64,000 bases of DNA from Candidatus Kapaibacterium sp. (lineage in GTDB: Bacteria; Bacteroidota; Ignavibacteria; Kapaibacteriales; NICIL-2), in NCBI GenBank assembly GCA_025055755.1, contig JANWWF010000002.1:199628-263627 (forward strand), in the 5' to 3' direction. A program made the position numbers and the translations under genes. The notes beneath the pieces were generated by a model. The model was not told the DNA's origin. It made no database searches and saw only the letters and a program-made list of their open reading frames with translations. Positions 44,737 to 55,000 of this stretch are shown here, piece by piece. The stretch's first letter is position 1; each line of letters opens with the position of its first letter.

Positions 44737-45649
44737 GGGAGTTCTGTAGTGCTATGGTGCCTGGCGCGGATGTTACACCGAACTGGGTAAGTAAGCGGCT
44801 AATTTTTTCTTTCGATACACCAGACATCGGGACAAGAGGAAGACGGTAAACTTCCTCGATAAAACCCATTTGTGCAAGAATGTATTTCACAGGTAGAGGG
44901 TTCGGTTCAAGAAAGTTTGCCTGCATCAGGGGCAAAAGATCAAGAAGTACATTGCGGGCAGCGGAATAGTCCCCTCGCAGTGCAAGCCGCACACCTTCAC
45001 CAAAGCGACGAGGAAGGTAATTTGAGATCACCGATATAACACCCTGTCCGCCGCATGCAATGATGGGAAGAGTAAGACTGTCATCGCCACTATAGACAGC
45101 AAAATGCGGTGGTGCATCACGAATAATCGCCTGTATTTGTTCGAGATTCCCTGAGGCTTCTTTTGTGCCAATGATGCGTTCTGATAGGACCGCTACTTCC
45201 AATTGGGTTTCCGCTGTCATGTTGACCCCTGTTCGACCAGGGACGTTGTACAGAATGATTCGAGCATCTGTTTCGCGAATGAGTGCACGGTAGTGCTCTA
45301 TCAGTCCTTTCTGGGATGGCTTATTGTAGTAAGGAGTAACAACGAGAACAGCATCAGCACCGATTTCAACCGCGCGGTTTGTGAGCTCAATCGTTGTCCG
45401 TGTGTCGTTTGTTCCTGTCCCTGCGATGACAGGGACCCGTCGCTGGGCAAATTCTACCGTTCGCTCGATCACCTCGAGTCGCTCAGCCATAGTGAGCGTT
45501 GCTGATTCCCCCGTAGAGCCACAGGGAACAAGCGCTTCGATGCCTTCGCTGATCTGAAGCTCTACCAGGCGGGCAAGGGCGGGAACGTCGATATTGCCGT
45601 CTTTTTGAAAGGGAGTTACAAGGGCAGTGGCAGTTCCTCGAAAAAGCAT
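44717..45649 (-). CDS. dapA: 4-hydroxy-tetrahydrodipicolinate synthase
   Basis: 310 aa; TALVTPF...ALVPCGSTGESATLT motif, class I aldolase. Confidence 0.85.
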   Translation of the reverse strand: MLFRGTATALVTPFQKDGNIDVPALARLVELQISEGIEALVPCGSTGESATLTMAERLEVIERTVEFAQRRVPVIAGTGTNDTRTTIELTNRAVEIGADAVLVVTPYYNKPSQKGLIEHYRALIRETDARIILYNVPGRTGVNMTAETQLEVAVLSERIIGTKEASGNLEQIQAIIRDAPPHFAVYSGDDSLTLPIIACGGQGVISVISNYLPRRFGEGVRLALRGDYSAARNVLLDLLPLMQANFLEPNPLPVKYILAQMGFIEEVYRLPLVPMSGVSKEKISRLLTQFGVTSAPGTIALQNSPKTPRE

Positions 45650-45678
45650 ACAGCATTGGCAGCAATAGTGAAACGATC

Positions 45679-47514
45679 TTACAGAGAACCACTCCGCAAT
45701 TGAATTCGCAGCTTATGTAATCGGTCGATTTGCCGGAGAAGCTCAAGATTGTCTGGCTGATGCTTGAGCTGTTGACTAAGCTGGTCGATCTGATGCGTAA
45801 GGCGTCGCTCTTCCAGGCGGGTTATTGCATCGTCAAGTATTTTGCGGTACATTTGTTCAACATTAAGCTCTTGGTCAAATTCTGCCCACCTCTCGCTTGG
45901 GGATTCATAGCTAAATACAAGCCATTCTGCCAGTTGACGAGTCTGGTCATCCAAAGCCAGCGCTGGCAGAGCGTGGCCTGGTGGGAGTGCAGCACTATGT
46001 TCCTGGACATACGTTGCTAAGGCAGTCATCAGCCGTTGTGCCTGCTCGCTTACCATCGATGTGGGATCAAAAAGGTAATCCTCGAATAGTAACCTTGCAG
46101 CATCGTGGGAATAAAGCACTATTTGCAGCAGCGCAACTTCCTCAGGGTAAATGGGTAGCGCAGTACTTGTTCCTTTTGGCAAAGGAATATGCTCATTGAC
46201 ATGTTCGGCTGCTAACCGCCGCATCGGTAGATTTGGCTGCGTGGACGTGCTCGCTACAGTGCCTAACAACTCTGTACGCACTCCAACGCGGTCCGATAGT
46301 TCACGCATCAAGAGCTCTCGATAAATTGGGTCAGCTGCAGTTGAAATTGTTTCAGCAATATAGCGGATTTGACGCGCTGCAACGGCGTGATTAGACCAAT
46401 CATATTGTTGCTTGCTCCACGTAAGGAGAAATTCAACTGGCGAAAGTCGGCGGCTGAGTATCTCGCGCATTTTCTCCGTACCACGGCTGCGCACAATGCT
46501 GTCAGGATCTTCGCCAGAGGGCAGGAGAACAATTTCGACACTAAACCCACCTTCCAAGGCAATCCTCACTGCTCGGTATGCAGCATTGATGCCTGCGGAG
46601 TCACCATCGAAGACGAGAATGATGGTGTCGGCAAGCCGGCGAAGTACCTCCAGGTGGCGTTGAGTTAGTGCTGTACCACATGTCGCAACACTATGTTCGA
46701 TGCCCGCTTTGTGAAGAGCAATTGCATCGGTATATCCCTCGACAATCACAGCCTGCCTCTGGCGCAAGATAGCATGCTTTGCGAAGTGAATTGCATACAG
46801 CACTGAGCTTTTGTCGTAGAGAGTTGTTTGAGGCGTATTGATGTACTTTGGCTCATCGGCATCGGTGGAAAGGGTGCGTCCTGCGAATGCAATAACCTCG
46901 CCGCTCATATTCCAGATGGGAAACATAATGCGGTTACGGAAGCGATCATAGCTGCTGCCGTCGTCCCGTGGGACAACAACACCTGCCTCTATCAACTGCT
47001 CGGCAGTGTAGCCCTGGGCAAGTAAAGTATCGCGAAGAGCTGTCCATAGTGGAGGGGCATAGCCAAGTTGGAATCGCTCAACAGTCGAGGCTTCGAATTC
47101 TCGTTCCAAGAAAAATGATTGTGCTTCCTTGCTGATAGTAAGGGTATGCCGATAGAAGTCTCGTGCTGCAGCGAGGACGGCTATAAGTGTCCGCCGATGG
47201 TCAAGAGTGGCTGAGTGTTGCTGTTCAGGAAGAGATATGCCAAGCTGGCTAGCGATTTGTTGAACAGCTTCCACAAATGTCCATCCAGCATACTCGCGGA
47301 GAAACGTAAATACATCCCCACTTTTTCCACAACCGAAGCATTTATAGATTCCCAGCTGTGGGCTGACATTGAACGAGGGGGTTTTCTCAGCGTGGAATGG
47401 ACAAAGACCAACGTAGTTTTTCCCACGTGGTCGGAGTTGCACATATTGCCCAATGATGCTCACGATGTCTGCTCGCTGGCGAATTTCCTCAATAATTTCT
47501 GGCGGAATTGCCAT
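45679..47514 (-). CDS. dnaG: DNA primase
   Basis: 611 aa; zinc-binding CPFHAEKTPSFNVSPQLGIYKCFGCGKSGD, Toprim domain. Confidence 0.9.
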   Translation of the reverse strand: MAIPPEIIEEIRQRADIVSIIGQYVQLRPRGKNYVGLCPFHAEKTPSFNVSPQLGIYKCFGCGKSGDVFTFLREYAGWTFVEAVQQIASQLGISLPEQQHSATLDHRRTLIAVLAAARDFYRHTLTISKEAQSFFLEREFEASTVERFQLGYAPPLWTALRDTLLAQGYTAEQLIEAGVVVPRDDGSSYDRFRNRIMFPIWNMSGEVIAFAGRTLSTDADEPKYINTPQTTLYDKSSVLYAIHFAKHAILRQRQAVIVEGYTDAIALHKAGIEHSVATCGTALTQRHLEVLRRLADTIILVFDGDSAGINAAYRAVRIALEGGFSVEIVLLPSGEDPDSIVRSRGTEKMREILSRRLSPVEFLLTWSKQQYDWSNHAVAARQIRYIAETISTAADPIYRELLMRELSDRVGVRTELLGTVASTSTQPNLPMRRLAAEHVNEHIPLPKGTSTALPIYPEEVALLQIVLYSHDAARLLFEDYLFDPTSMVSEQAQRLMTALATYVQEHSAALPPGHALPALALDDQTRQLAEWLVFSYESPSERWAEFDQELNVEQMYRKILDDAITRLEERRLTHQIDQLSQQLKHQPDNLELLRQIDRLHKLRIQLRSGSL

Positions 47515-47520
47515 AGACTG

Positions 47521-48048
47521 CTAATAAAGTTTGATGCAAAATTCCGTCTTACGGACCTGGTCAGTATGCCGATAAGGAGTTGCTAATTCGCCAATTGTCT
47601 TGCCGGTAAGTGGATGAATCCAATCAGCTGCAATGTCACAGGCGGGGAGGAGCACAAACGCCCGTTCTGTTGCTGATGGATGTGGAATTGTCAATGCCGC
47701 GCTATGAAGAACGTATCTGCCATAGAGGATAATGTCCAAGTCAATCTCTCGTTCGTGCCAGCGTGGTCGGGAACGACGCCCAAGCTCCTGCTCGATGTGC
47801 TTGAGGCAGCTGTGAAGTGCAATTGGATCAAGGAGGGTACTGCCGATGATACAGCAATTCAAAAAACGTGGCTGATTTGTATAACCAACAGGTTCTGTTT
47901 CGTAGATAGGGGAAGAGCGAATGTTTTCGATGCATCTGGTTGCTGCAATCATCTGCACCGCGGCATTAAGGTAGCCAACTCGATCACCAAGATTGCTCCC
48001 GAGGGCTACTAAAACGGGGGTTGATGCTTGGTACGCTCGCTGCACCAT
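47521..48048 (-). CDS. folK: 2-amino-4-hydroxy-6-hydroxymethyldihydropteridine pyrophosphokinase
   Basis: VALGSNLGDR...SPIYETEPVGY HPPK motifs. Confidence 0.85.
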   Translation of the reverse strand: MVQRAYQASTPVLVALGSNLGDRVGYLNAAVQMIAATRCIENIRSSPIYETEPVGYTNQPRFLNCCIIGSTLLDPIALHSCLKHIEQELGRRSRPRWHEREIDLDIILYGRYVLHSAALTIPHPSATERAFVLLPACDIAADWIHPLTGKTIGELATPYRHTDQVRKTEFCIKLY

Positions 48049-48398
48049 TCTACCTCGACGTAATCAACCACCATTCCAACAGGAACGCTTCGTTTGCGCA
48101 CTCGAATGAGAACTTTCACAACAGGTGGGAATCGCTCCATGATAGCTTTGGCAAGATCATGGGCAAGAGTCTCTAATAAGCGACGCTGACCGCTATCGAC
48201 GACCTGATTTATGCATTCAACCACCTCTGCATAATTGACCGCTAATCCAAGGTCGTCTTTTTCGACAGCAGGACGGGGGTCGTAGTAAAATTCGACATCG
48301 AACTCATAACGTCCTCCGAGCCGCTGTTCCTCGCTCGACACGCCATGGTACGAATACAGATGAAGATTTGCAATGACAACTTTGGCAAAGTGCTGCAT
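48009..48398 (-). CDS. folB: Dihydroneopterin aldolase
   Basis: 129 aa, tunnel-fold FolB pattern; overlaps folK. Confidence 0.7.
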   Translation of the reverse strand: MQHFAKVVIANLHLYSYHGVSSEEQRLGGRYEFDVEFYYDPRPAVEKDDLGLAVNYAEVVECINQVVDSGQRRLLETLAHDLAKAIMERFPPVVKVLIRVRKRSVPVGMVVDYVEVEWCSERTKHQPPF

Positions 48399-50164
48399 TA
48401 GAGCTTCTGGGATTGATGGCTACTGCGTTGACTGTGCTGCTCCAGCAAGGCATGAACCTCAGCAGAATGACTTTTTTGCAGTGCTTGTTCTACGAGCGAT
48501 AGCGCATGGTTATAGCGTATTGTGCGAATGCGCTCTTTGAGCGCAGGAATATAGCTTGGAGCAACACTGAACGCGCCTATCCCTATTCCTATGAGTAAGT
48601 CTGTTGCCATAAGAAATGTTGCCAGGTCCCCACATAGCTCAAGCTCAACACCGCGGCTACGGGCGGCACTGGCGGCATATTGCAGGAGCCGAAGTACCGC
48701 AGGGTTGAGCTGGTCAAAAATATGTGCAACTAAGTCGCTGGTTCGGTCTGCAGCAAGGGTGTATTGAGTAAGGTCATTTGTGCCGATGCTAAAGAAGCGA
48801 ACGTTTTCCGCAAAATGTTCAGCTAAAAGCGCCGCTGCTGGTGTTTCAATCATGATGCCAACAGGGACGTGCTCGTCGTAGGGTATTTGTTCGGCATTTA
48901 ACTCAGCTTTGACCGCTTCAATGAGGTCTCGGGTGGCGGTCAGTTCATCAACCGAGGTAACCATTGGCAGCAGAATACGTACATTCCGGTGAACAGATGC
49001 TCGGAGGATCGCCCGAAGTTGTGTACGAAAGAGGTCCTTCCGATGCAGCAAAAAGCGTAGCCCACGGAGCCCTAATGCGGGATTTGCTTCATCAGGCATG
49101 CCATGAATGATTTTGTCACTGCCAACGTCGAACACACGTAGGGTTACAACTTTAGGGTAAGCCCGTTCTGCGATGGCACTGTACCACAGAAACTGCTCCT
49201 GTTCGCTTGGAAAGTGCTGTACCCGAACCAGCAGCATCTCCGTGCGTACAAGCCCGATGCCATCGGCGCCATGGCTAAGGGCAACAGGAATGTCATCAGG
49301 GGTGTCAACCGAAGCATAAACGGCAATGGGAAGTCCATCGGCGGTTGTGACCGGCTGGCTGATAGTCGGAGGTGCTATTTGCTGCTCCTGCTGCAGTGTG
49401 GTATAGTGTACTCGTGTAGGTGCATCTGGTTCGACAATGACAATGCCTCGAGAGCCATCCACGATAACCTCTGCACCATCGGGGATAATAGTTGTTGCGC
49501 TTCGCACCCCAATGACTGCTGGCAGCCCAAGAGTGCGGGCAACAATGCAGGCATGACTGGTAATCCCACCGATTTCGGTGATAAAACCTTGTACTCCTCT
49601 GCTGTGGTAGTGAAGCACGTCTGAGGCTAGCAGTGATGGTGCTACGATGATTGCATTACGGACTTCTGGCAATGCGGATTTATCGGAGCTGAGAAGGAGT
49701 GCAACCAACTTGCGCCGCAAGTTTTCCAACTCAAAGCGCCGTTCGCGCAGAAAGGGGTCGTTCGATTCTGCCAGTGCATGGATGTGAGCGTCGTATGCAG
49801 TGCTTACCGCAACTTCTGCCGGCATACCTTCTGTGGCTATGCGAGCAATAATGCTATCAACAATCAAAGGATCGGTTGCAATCATCTCGTAGGACTCAAT
49901 AATGGCGTGCGTATCGCCAATTGTTGGGGCAGAAGCAAGACTTGCGCGAATAGACTCGAGCAATTGTCTTTGCGCGTCCTGGTATCGCTTTATTTCGTGA
50001 TCTCGTTCAGCAGGCGCAATGGAGCGCCAGTGCAACAGTCGCACATGAGGGGCGCTCAGTACGACAGCTTTCCCTATAGCGATACCCCGCGATGCGGCGC
50101 TTCCTTGGAGCCGCAGTTGGAAGGGAAGCAAGCGATATGCGGAGCCCCCGGGATCGCTTTCCAT
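48398..50164 (-). CDS. ptsI: Phosphoenolpyruvate-protein phosphotransferase (PTS enzyme I)
   Basis: 588 aa; GGITSHACIVARTLGLPAV phospho-His region and PEP-utilizers C-terminal domain. Confidence 0.85.
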   Translation of the reverse strand: MESDPGGSAYRLLPFQLRLQGSAASRGIAIGKAVVLSAPHVRLLHWRSIAPAERDHEIKRYQDAQRQLLESIRASLASAPTIGDTHAIIESYEMIATDPLIVDSIIARIATEGMPAEVAVSTAYDAHIHALAESNDPFLRERRFELENLRRKLVALLLSSDKSALPEVRNAIIVAPSLLASDVLHYHSRGVQGFITEIGGITSHACIVARTLGLPAVIGVRSATTIIPDGAEVIVDGSRGIVIVEPDAPTRVHYTTLQQEQQIAPPTISQPVTTADGLPIAVYASVDTPDDIPVALSHGADGIGLVRTEMLLVRVQHFPSEQEQFLWYSAIAERAYPKVVTLRVFDVGSDKIIHGMPDEANPALGLRGLRFLLHRKDLFRTQLRAILRASVHRNVRILLPMVTSVDELTATRDLIEAVKAELNAEQIPYDEHVPVGIMIETPAAALLAEHFAENVRFFSIGTNDLTQYTLAADRTSDLVAHIFDQLNPAVLRLLQYAASAARSRGVELELCGDLATFLMATDLLIGIGIGAFSVAPSYIPALKERIRTIRYNHALSLVEQALQKSHSAEVHALLEQHSQRSSHQSQKL

Positions 50165-50179
50165 GTGTATGCGCGGATG

Positions 50180-50452
50180 TTAGATTGGTTCACCAAAACC
50201 ACTATCGAAAAGCTCTGCTAATGCCTGTGCGGCATCCTCTTCATCCGGACCAGAAACTATGAGCTTGAGCACGGTGCCCTGGGCTGCTGCTAATGTCATC
50301 ACTCCGATGATGCTTTTTGCATTAATACGCGTGTGGTCCTCGCTTTCCAGGTAGATGTCGGACTTATACTGCGCAGCCAACTTTACAATCATTGCAGCTG
50401 GACGGGTGTGAATCCCTGCCCGATTGCGCACAACAACAGGACGTTCAATCAT
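50180..50452 (-). CDS. ptsH: Phosphocarrier protein HPr
   Basis: GIHTRPA (His15) and AKSIIGVM (Ser46) motifs; start likely MIERPVVV. Confidence 0.8.
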   Translation of the reverse strand: MIERPVVVRNRAGIHTRPAAMIVKLAAQYKSDIYLESEDHTRINAKSIIGVMTLAAAQGTVLKLIVSGPDEEDAAQALAELFDSGFGEPI

Positions 50453-50493
50453 GGTGCATTCGGTCATTGGCAACATGGAGAATTAGTGGACAT

Positions 50494-51465
50494 TCAGACA
50501 CGATGAGAAACATCGGACGTTGCAGAAGGTGCTGCTGCTTTTTGGAGTCTATTCATCAAAGCAACATCTTTGCGAACATCGGGGGTAAGAAGAACATAAA
50601 TTGCTTGTCGTTGCTGCCGTTCTGCACGGCGGAATTCATCGTAAACCGTTGCGCGGTGCAATGGACGCCAATTGTATGTTTCCGGGAGGGGTTGAGTGGA
50701 TAACACGACAGATGTATTCTGCATCACTGATGGAAGTGCATCAAGAGACTCAATCAAAATTACGGGAATGCTTGGAGCATAGTGTCGGTACTTCATCCCG
50801 GGGGCAATCGGTGTATGTGAAGAAACATCCATCAGGGGGGGAGGAAATCCGAGCACGGAAGCTAAATCTTCTGCCGTGATTGCCCCAGGTCGGGCAATAG
50901 CGATATCCCCCACGAGATTCAGCACTGTTGATTCGATGCCAATCGTACAGGGACCTGCATCGAGTACAGCCGCAATCATTCCATCCAGGTCTTCGAGCAC
51001 ATGAGCAACGCATGTTGGGCTTGGACGCCCTGAACGGTTTGCAGAGGGTGCAACGACGGGTTCTCCCACGCGCGCAATGACCTCGCGCGTGACATCGAGA
51101 GCTGGAATGCGCACTGCAACCGTCGGTAGTCCAGCGCTTATTATGGCAGGAACGACTTCTTTTCGCTCCAGAACAAGTGTGAGGGGACCAGGTGCAAAGC
51201 GCTCCAGTAGTTGCCAGGCTATAGGGGGAATGCGCGTGGCAACTTGGGAGATATCGTCAATGCGAGCACAGTGCACAATCAAGGGATTGTCTGGTGGGCG
51301 TCCCTTGACCTGAAAAATTGTTCGAATCGCATTTTCATCGCCAAGACGGGCTGCTAAGCCATAGACCGTCTCTGTCGGGATAGCCACCAGCTGGCCACTC
51401 TGCAAGAGCGCAGCGGCAAGCGCAACATCTTCCTCCGATGATGCACGCAGGTGAAGAGTTTTCAC
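50494..51465 (-). CDS. tsaC: L-threonylcarbamoyladenylate synthase (YrdC + Sua5 domains)
   Basis: 323 aa; IPTETVYGLAA YrdC motif plus C-terminal Sua5 domain. Confidence 0.8.
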   Translation of the reverse strand: MKTLHLRASSEEDVALAAALLQSGQLVAIPTETVYGLAARLGDENAIRTIFQVKGRPPDNPLIVHCARIDDISQVATRIPPIAWQLLERFAPGPLTLVLERKEVVPAIISAGLPTVAVRIPALDVTREVIARVGEPVVAPSANRSGRPSPTCVAHVLEDLDGMIAAVLDAGPCTIGIESTVLNLVGDIAIARPGAITAEDLASVLGFPPPLMDVSSHTPIAPGMKYRHYAPSIPVILIESLDALPSVMQNTSVVLSTQPLPETYNWRPLHRATVYDEFRRAERQQRQAIYVLLTPDVRKDVALMNRLQKAAAPSATSDVSHRV

Positions 51466-51471
51466 CGGTAC

Positions 51472-53217
51472 CTACCAGGAGAACCACACATGCTTGAGCA
51501 ATGGACGAGCCATGGCATCCAAGGGGTAGTTTCGCACATACTGCTGGATAAGGCGGTAGTGGTTTTCATAAAACAGCATAGCGGCGGGAGCATCGCGGAG
51601 AACCACCTGCTCTGCTTTCAGGTAGAGCGACAGTCGTGTGGCAGAGTCTCTGGTTGCTGTAGCAAGTGCAAGTATCGCAGATACAGTGTCGTTACGATAG
51701 CGAGTGCTATTGGGGTAGCTCGGGGCTGTTGGATCAGAGGGCACATAGCTTCCATCGAAAAGGCTTAAGTAATTTTCAACATCTGGGTAATCGCCATACC
51801 ATCGAGTGCCCCACATGCGAAACTCGCCCCGTTCTGCCATGTCGAGAAACTGTGCAAGTTGAACCGTTTCGATGCGCAGATTTAATCCAAGATGTTCCGC
51901 CAGCATGCCTTGAAGGGCTTCTGCAACCTGTTGCAAGCGAGGTTCTGGGTAGATGTGGAGGGTTAACTCACGACCACCACTTTGGTAAAAGTGAGTTTGA
52001 GCAAGCAATTGTCGAGCGTGCTGTGGATCGAAAGCATATCCATTGATGCGAGTAATGTCATAGCCAGGCAGCACTGGCGGAGTGACGCCATGATGGGCAG
52101 GCGCATAAGGTGTATTGCGCAGGACAAATTGGACAAGCCGCCTGCGGTCAATCGCCCAGCAGATTGCTTGGCGTAGTCGGGCTTCCGAAAAGGGATGAAC
52201 TGCGCAGTTGAAATCCACAAACCACGTCAGAAGGGCTGGGCATACTTGCAAACTGCATCGGTAAGAAGGGCGAAGCTTTTTCGTTTGCGGATCAACAAGA
52301 ACGTCGAACAACTCCGTTGGAATTGAGTACGATTCGTCGAGCTGACCATCGAGAAATTGCCGAAGCTGAATCTTGTCGTCTTTGACAAACGTAATGAGTA
52401 CAGAGTCCAGATAGGGCAACCGATTCCCCCACCGGTCGTATTGCCAATAATGCTCATTGCGGACAAGGAGCATGCCGTAGTCGTCCTTCCACCATGCAAG
52501 GCGAAAAGGCCCTGTTCCTACTGGATGGCGGAAGAAATTCTCTCCGTAGTACTCCACAGCTTCGCGGGGCACTACACAGCTAAAAGCATTAGCAAGTTGA
52601 AGGAGAAAGGGAGTGTAAGGTCGTTCCAATTCGATGATTAGAGTTGAGTCGTTTAGCGCATAAATGCCCTCAACCTTAGAAGGAGTGCTATCTCCCTGCA
52701 TGCGAGCAGTGTAATATGCTGTAGCCCCGCGTACCTTGTCTTTGAACACCCAAAATGCAGTGGTCCGTGCTTGAGGGTCACAGGCGCGGGTAAGAGAGTA
52801 AACGACATCCTGTGCAGTCATCTTTCGCCCCTTGCCCTGCGAAAAGCAGGGGTCATCGTGAAAACGCACGTCTGTACGAAGATGAAAGGTATAGCGCAGT
52901 CCATCTGGGGAAATCTCCCAAAAGCGAGCCAATTCTGGCTGTGGTTGAAGGAGTGAATCGAACGTAATAAGCCGGTCGTATAGCTGTAAAGCGATATCGT
53001 CAGCGAGCTTGCTGGTAATCAAGATTGGATCGAGAGCATTGGGGTTACCGCGAAGCATGTTGATACGATAAGTTCCTCCATACCGTGGCTCACCGCGAGC
53101 AGGGCGAAGGCTGTGGCGTATATCCTGCACTTTACAGCCGTCTAATATCATGCTTACGCCAACGATAATAACAGTACCAACTATGACTCTGGTGATGCGT
53201 TGGCTGAGGTAATCCAT
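51472..53217 (-). CDS. ABC transporter substrate-binding protein, family 5
   Basis: 581 aa; family-5 SBP architecture; second orphan copy in the window. Confidence 0.65.
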   Translation of the reverse strand: MDYLSQRITRVIVGTVIIVGVSMILDGCKVQDIRHSLRPARGEPRYGGTYRINMLRGNPNALDPILITSKLADDIALQLYDRLITFDSLLQPQPELARFWEISPDGLRYTFHLRTDVRFHDDPCFSQGKGRKMTAQDVVYSLTRACDPQARTTAFWVFKDKVRGATAYYTARMQGDSTPSKVEGIYALNDSTLIIELERPYTPFLLQLANAFSCVVPREAVEYYGENFFRHPVGTGPFRLAWWKDDYGMLLVRNEHYWQYDRWGNRLPYLDSVLITFVKDDKIQLRQFLDGQLDESYSIPTELFDVLVDPQTKKLRPSYRCSLQVCPALLTWFVDFNCAVHPFSEARLRQAICWAIDRRRLVQFVLRNTPYAPAHHGVTPPVLPGYDITRINGYAFDPQHARQLLAQTHFYQSGGRELTLHIYPEPRLQQVAEALQGMLAEHLGLNLRIETVQLAQFLDMAERGEFRMWGTRWYGDYPDVENYLSLFDGSYVPSDPTAPSYPNSTRYRNDTVSAILALATATRDSATRLSLYLKAEQVVLRDAPAAMLFYENHYRLIQQYVRNYPLDAMARPLLKHVWFSW

Positions 53218-54623
53218 TGTTCCAGATCACGTGCTATTCGGAGGAGAAGCTCATCTGCATTGAATGGTGCTTGGAGTTGTACCCCTATTGGTAAGCCGTT
53301 TGTAGTTCGTCCCACCGGGAGGCTAATCGCAGGAATCCCAGCCAGATTAGCGGAGACAGTGAGGATGTCATTGAGATACATCGCCAGGGGATCATTGATT
53401 TTTTCCCCGATGCGGAATGCAGGCGTTGGAGTAGTTGGCAGGAGAATAGCATCACACTGTGCGAATATTTGGCGATAGTTGTCAACAATCCACCGCCGTG
53501 CTTTCTGTGCCTTGCGATAGTAGGCATCATAGTACCCCGCCGAGAGAACATATGTCCCCAGCATAATACGGCGTTTCACCTCGCTGCCGAAGCAAGCAGT
53601 GCGCGTTGCAGTCATAATGTCAGCGGGATCGTCAATTCGTGTGCCATAGCGCACGCCGTCGTACCGAGCAAGATTCGATGATGCCTCAGCAGTAGCAAGG
53701 ATGTAATATGTGGGGATCCATGCTTCAACGGAGTAGAAGTCCACTTCTATTGTTGCGTATCCTACCTCTTTCAAAAGAGCAATGGTATAGTCATACCATT
53801 GGCGAACCTCTGGACTGACCCCCTCAAGAAATGTGCCACCGACAATACCGATCGTAGGTCGTTGTTCACCGTTTTGGAATGGGGAAAGATCAGGGGAAAT
53901 AGGAGGCAGCATGCTGCTGGTACTATCATTCGAATCGTGTCCCGACATGACCTGAAGAACAAGAGCAACGTCCTCGACCGTGTGCGCAAGAGGTCCAATT
54001 TGATCGAGCGAAGAAGCAAAAGCTACTAAACCGTAGCGACTTACTCTTCCGTAAGTAGGCTTATACCCTACAAGACCGCAGAATGCCGCAGGCTGCCGAA
54101 TAGAACCGCCAGTGTCAGAGCCTAATGCAACGTGTGCCATTCGAGCCGCAACTGCGACCGCAGAGCCGCCAGATGAACCCCCTGGTACGTAGTGTTCATT
54201 GTGGGGATTTCGTGCTGGACCAAACCATGAGTTTTCGTTCGAGGACCCCATGGCGAATTCATCGAGATTTGTCTTGCCGATGATAATTGCGCCTGCATCC
54301 ACCAAACGTTCAACGACTGTTGCGTTGTAAACCGGCACAAAGTTTTCCAATATGCGTGAAGCACAGGTTGTCCGGATACCACGGGTTGAAATGTTATCCT
54401 TAACCGCGACGATGAGTCCTTCTAACGGACGTGGTTTTCCTTGGCGGAAGCGAATGTCAGCTTGCTCTGCTGCAGTACGTGCACTGTCCGCACATACTGT
54501 GATGAATGCTCCCAACCTCTGATGCTTTTCGATCTGCGTAAGAGCGCGATCTACTTCATCACGGCAGTTTGTTGTTCCAGTAAGAACGTTAGCGCGAAAA
54601 TCACGGTAACTGTGGTGAACCAT
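53181..54623 (-). CDS. gatA: Glutamyl-tRNA(Gln) amidotransferase subunit A
   Basis: 480 aa; amidase signature GGSSGGSAVAVAA. Confidence 0.9.
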   Translation of the reverse strand: MVHHSYRDFRANVLTGTTNCRDEVDRALTQIEKHQRLGAFITVCADSARTAAEQADIRFRQGKPRPLEGLIVAVKDNISTRGIRTTCASRILENFVPVYNATVVERLVDAGAIIIGKTNLDEFAMGSSNENSWFGPARNPHNEHYVPGGSSGGSAVAVAARMAHVALGSDTGGSIRQPAAFCGLVGYKPTYGRVSRYGLVAFASSLDQIGPLAHTVEDVALVLQVMSGHDSNDSTSSMLPPISPDLSPFQNGEQRPTIGIVGGTFLEGVSPEVRQWYDYTIALLKEVGYATIEVDFYSVEAWIPTYYILATAEASSNLARYDGVRYGTRIDDPADIMTATRTACFGSEVKRRIMLGTYVLSAGYYDAYYRKAQKARRWIVDNYRQIFAQCDAILLPTTPTPAFRIGEKINDPLAMYLNDILTVSANLAGIPAISLPVGRTTNGLPIGVQLQAPFNADELLLRIARDLEQWITSANASPES

Positions 54624-54688
54624 CTGCTTTGCTATTTGGGAAATAACACATTACCATCGCAACAAACATGACTTTACCAGTAGGAGAG

Positions 54689-54997
54689 CTAAGGGGATGG
54701 GGAGGCGTTGGAATTACCCGTTGTAAAGTTACTCATGCTTTCTTCCGACCGGGGTGCAGGAGAGAACCGAGCAAGAGTGTCCTGCACAGTCCGGGTTTCT
54801 TCCGCCAGTGGTTTGACTTCCTCGCTAATTGCAGTATTGATAAAGCGCACTTGTTCGACAAGCTCTTCTTGTGCACGTCGTATCTTTTGCACACCTTTTC
54901 CGATGAGCTGCGCGACTTCTGGAATTTTCTTTGGACCAAACAGCAGTAAGACCACCAACAGAATTAACAGCAGCTCACCGCCGCCGATATCGAACAT
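54689..54997 (-). CDS. TatA/TatB-family Sec-independent translocase component (longer paralog)
   Basis: MFDIGGGELLLILLVVLLLFGPKKIPEVAQLIGKGV... TM helix + amphipathic helix, 102 aa. Confidence 0.7.
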   Translation of the reverse strand: MFDIGGGELLLILLVVLLLFGPKKIPEVAQLIGKGVQKIRRAQEELVEQVRFINTAISEEVKPLAEETRTVQDTLARFSPAPRSEESMSNFTTGNSNASPSP

Positions 54998-55000
54998 CGT

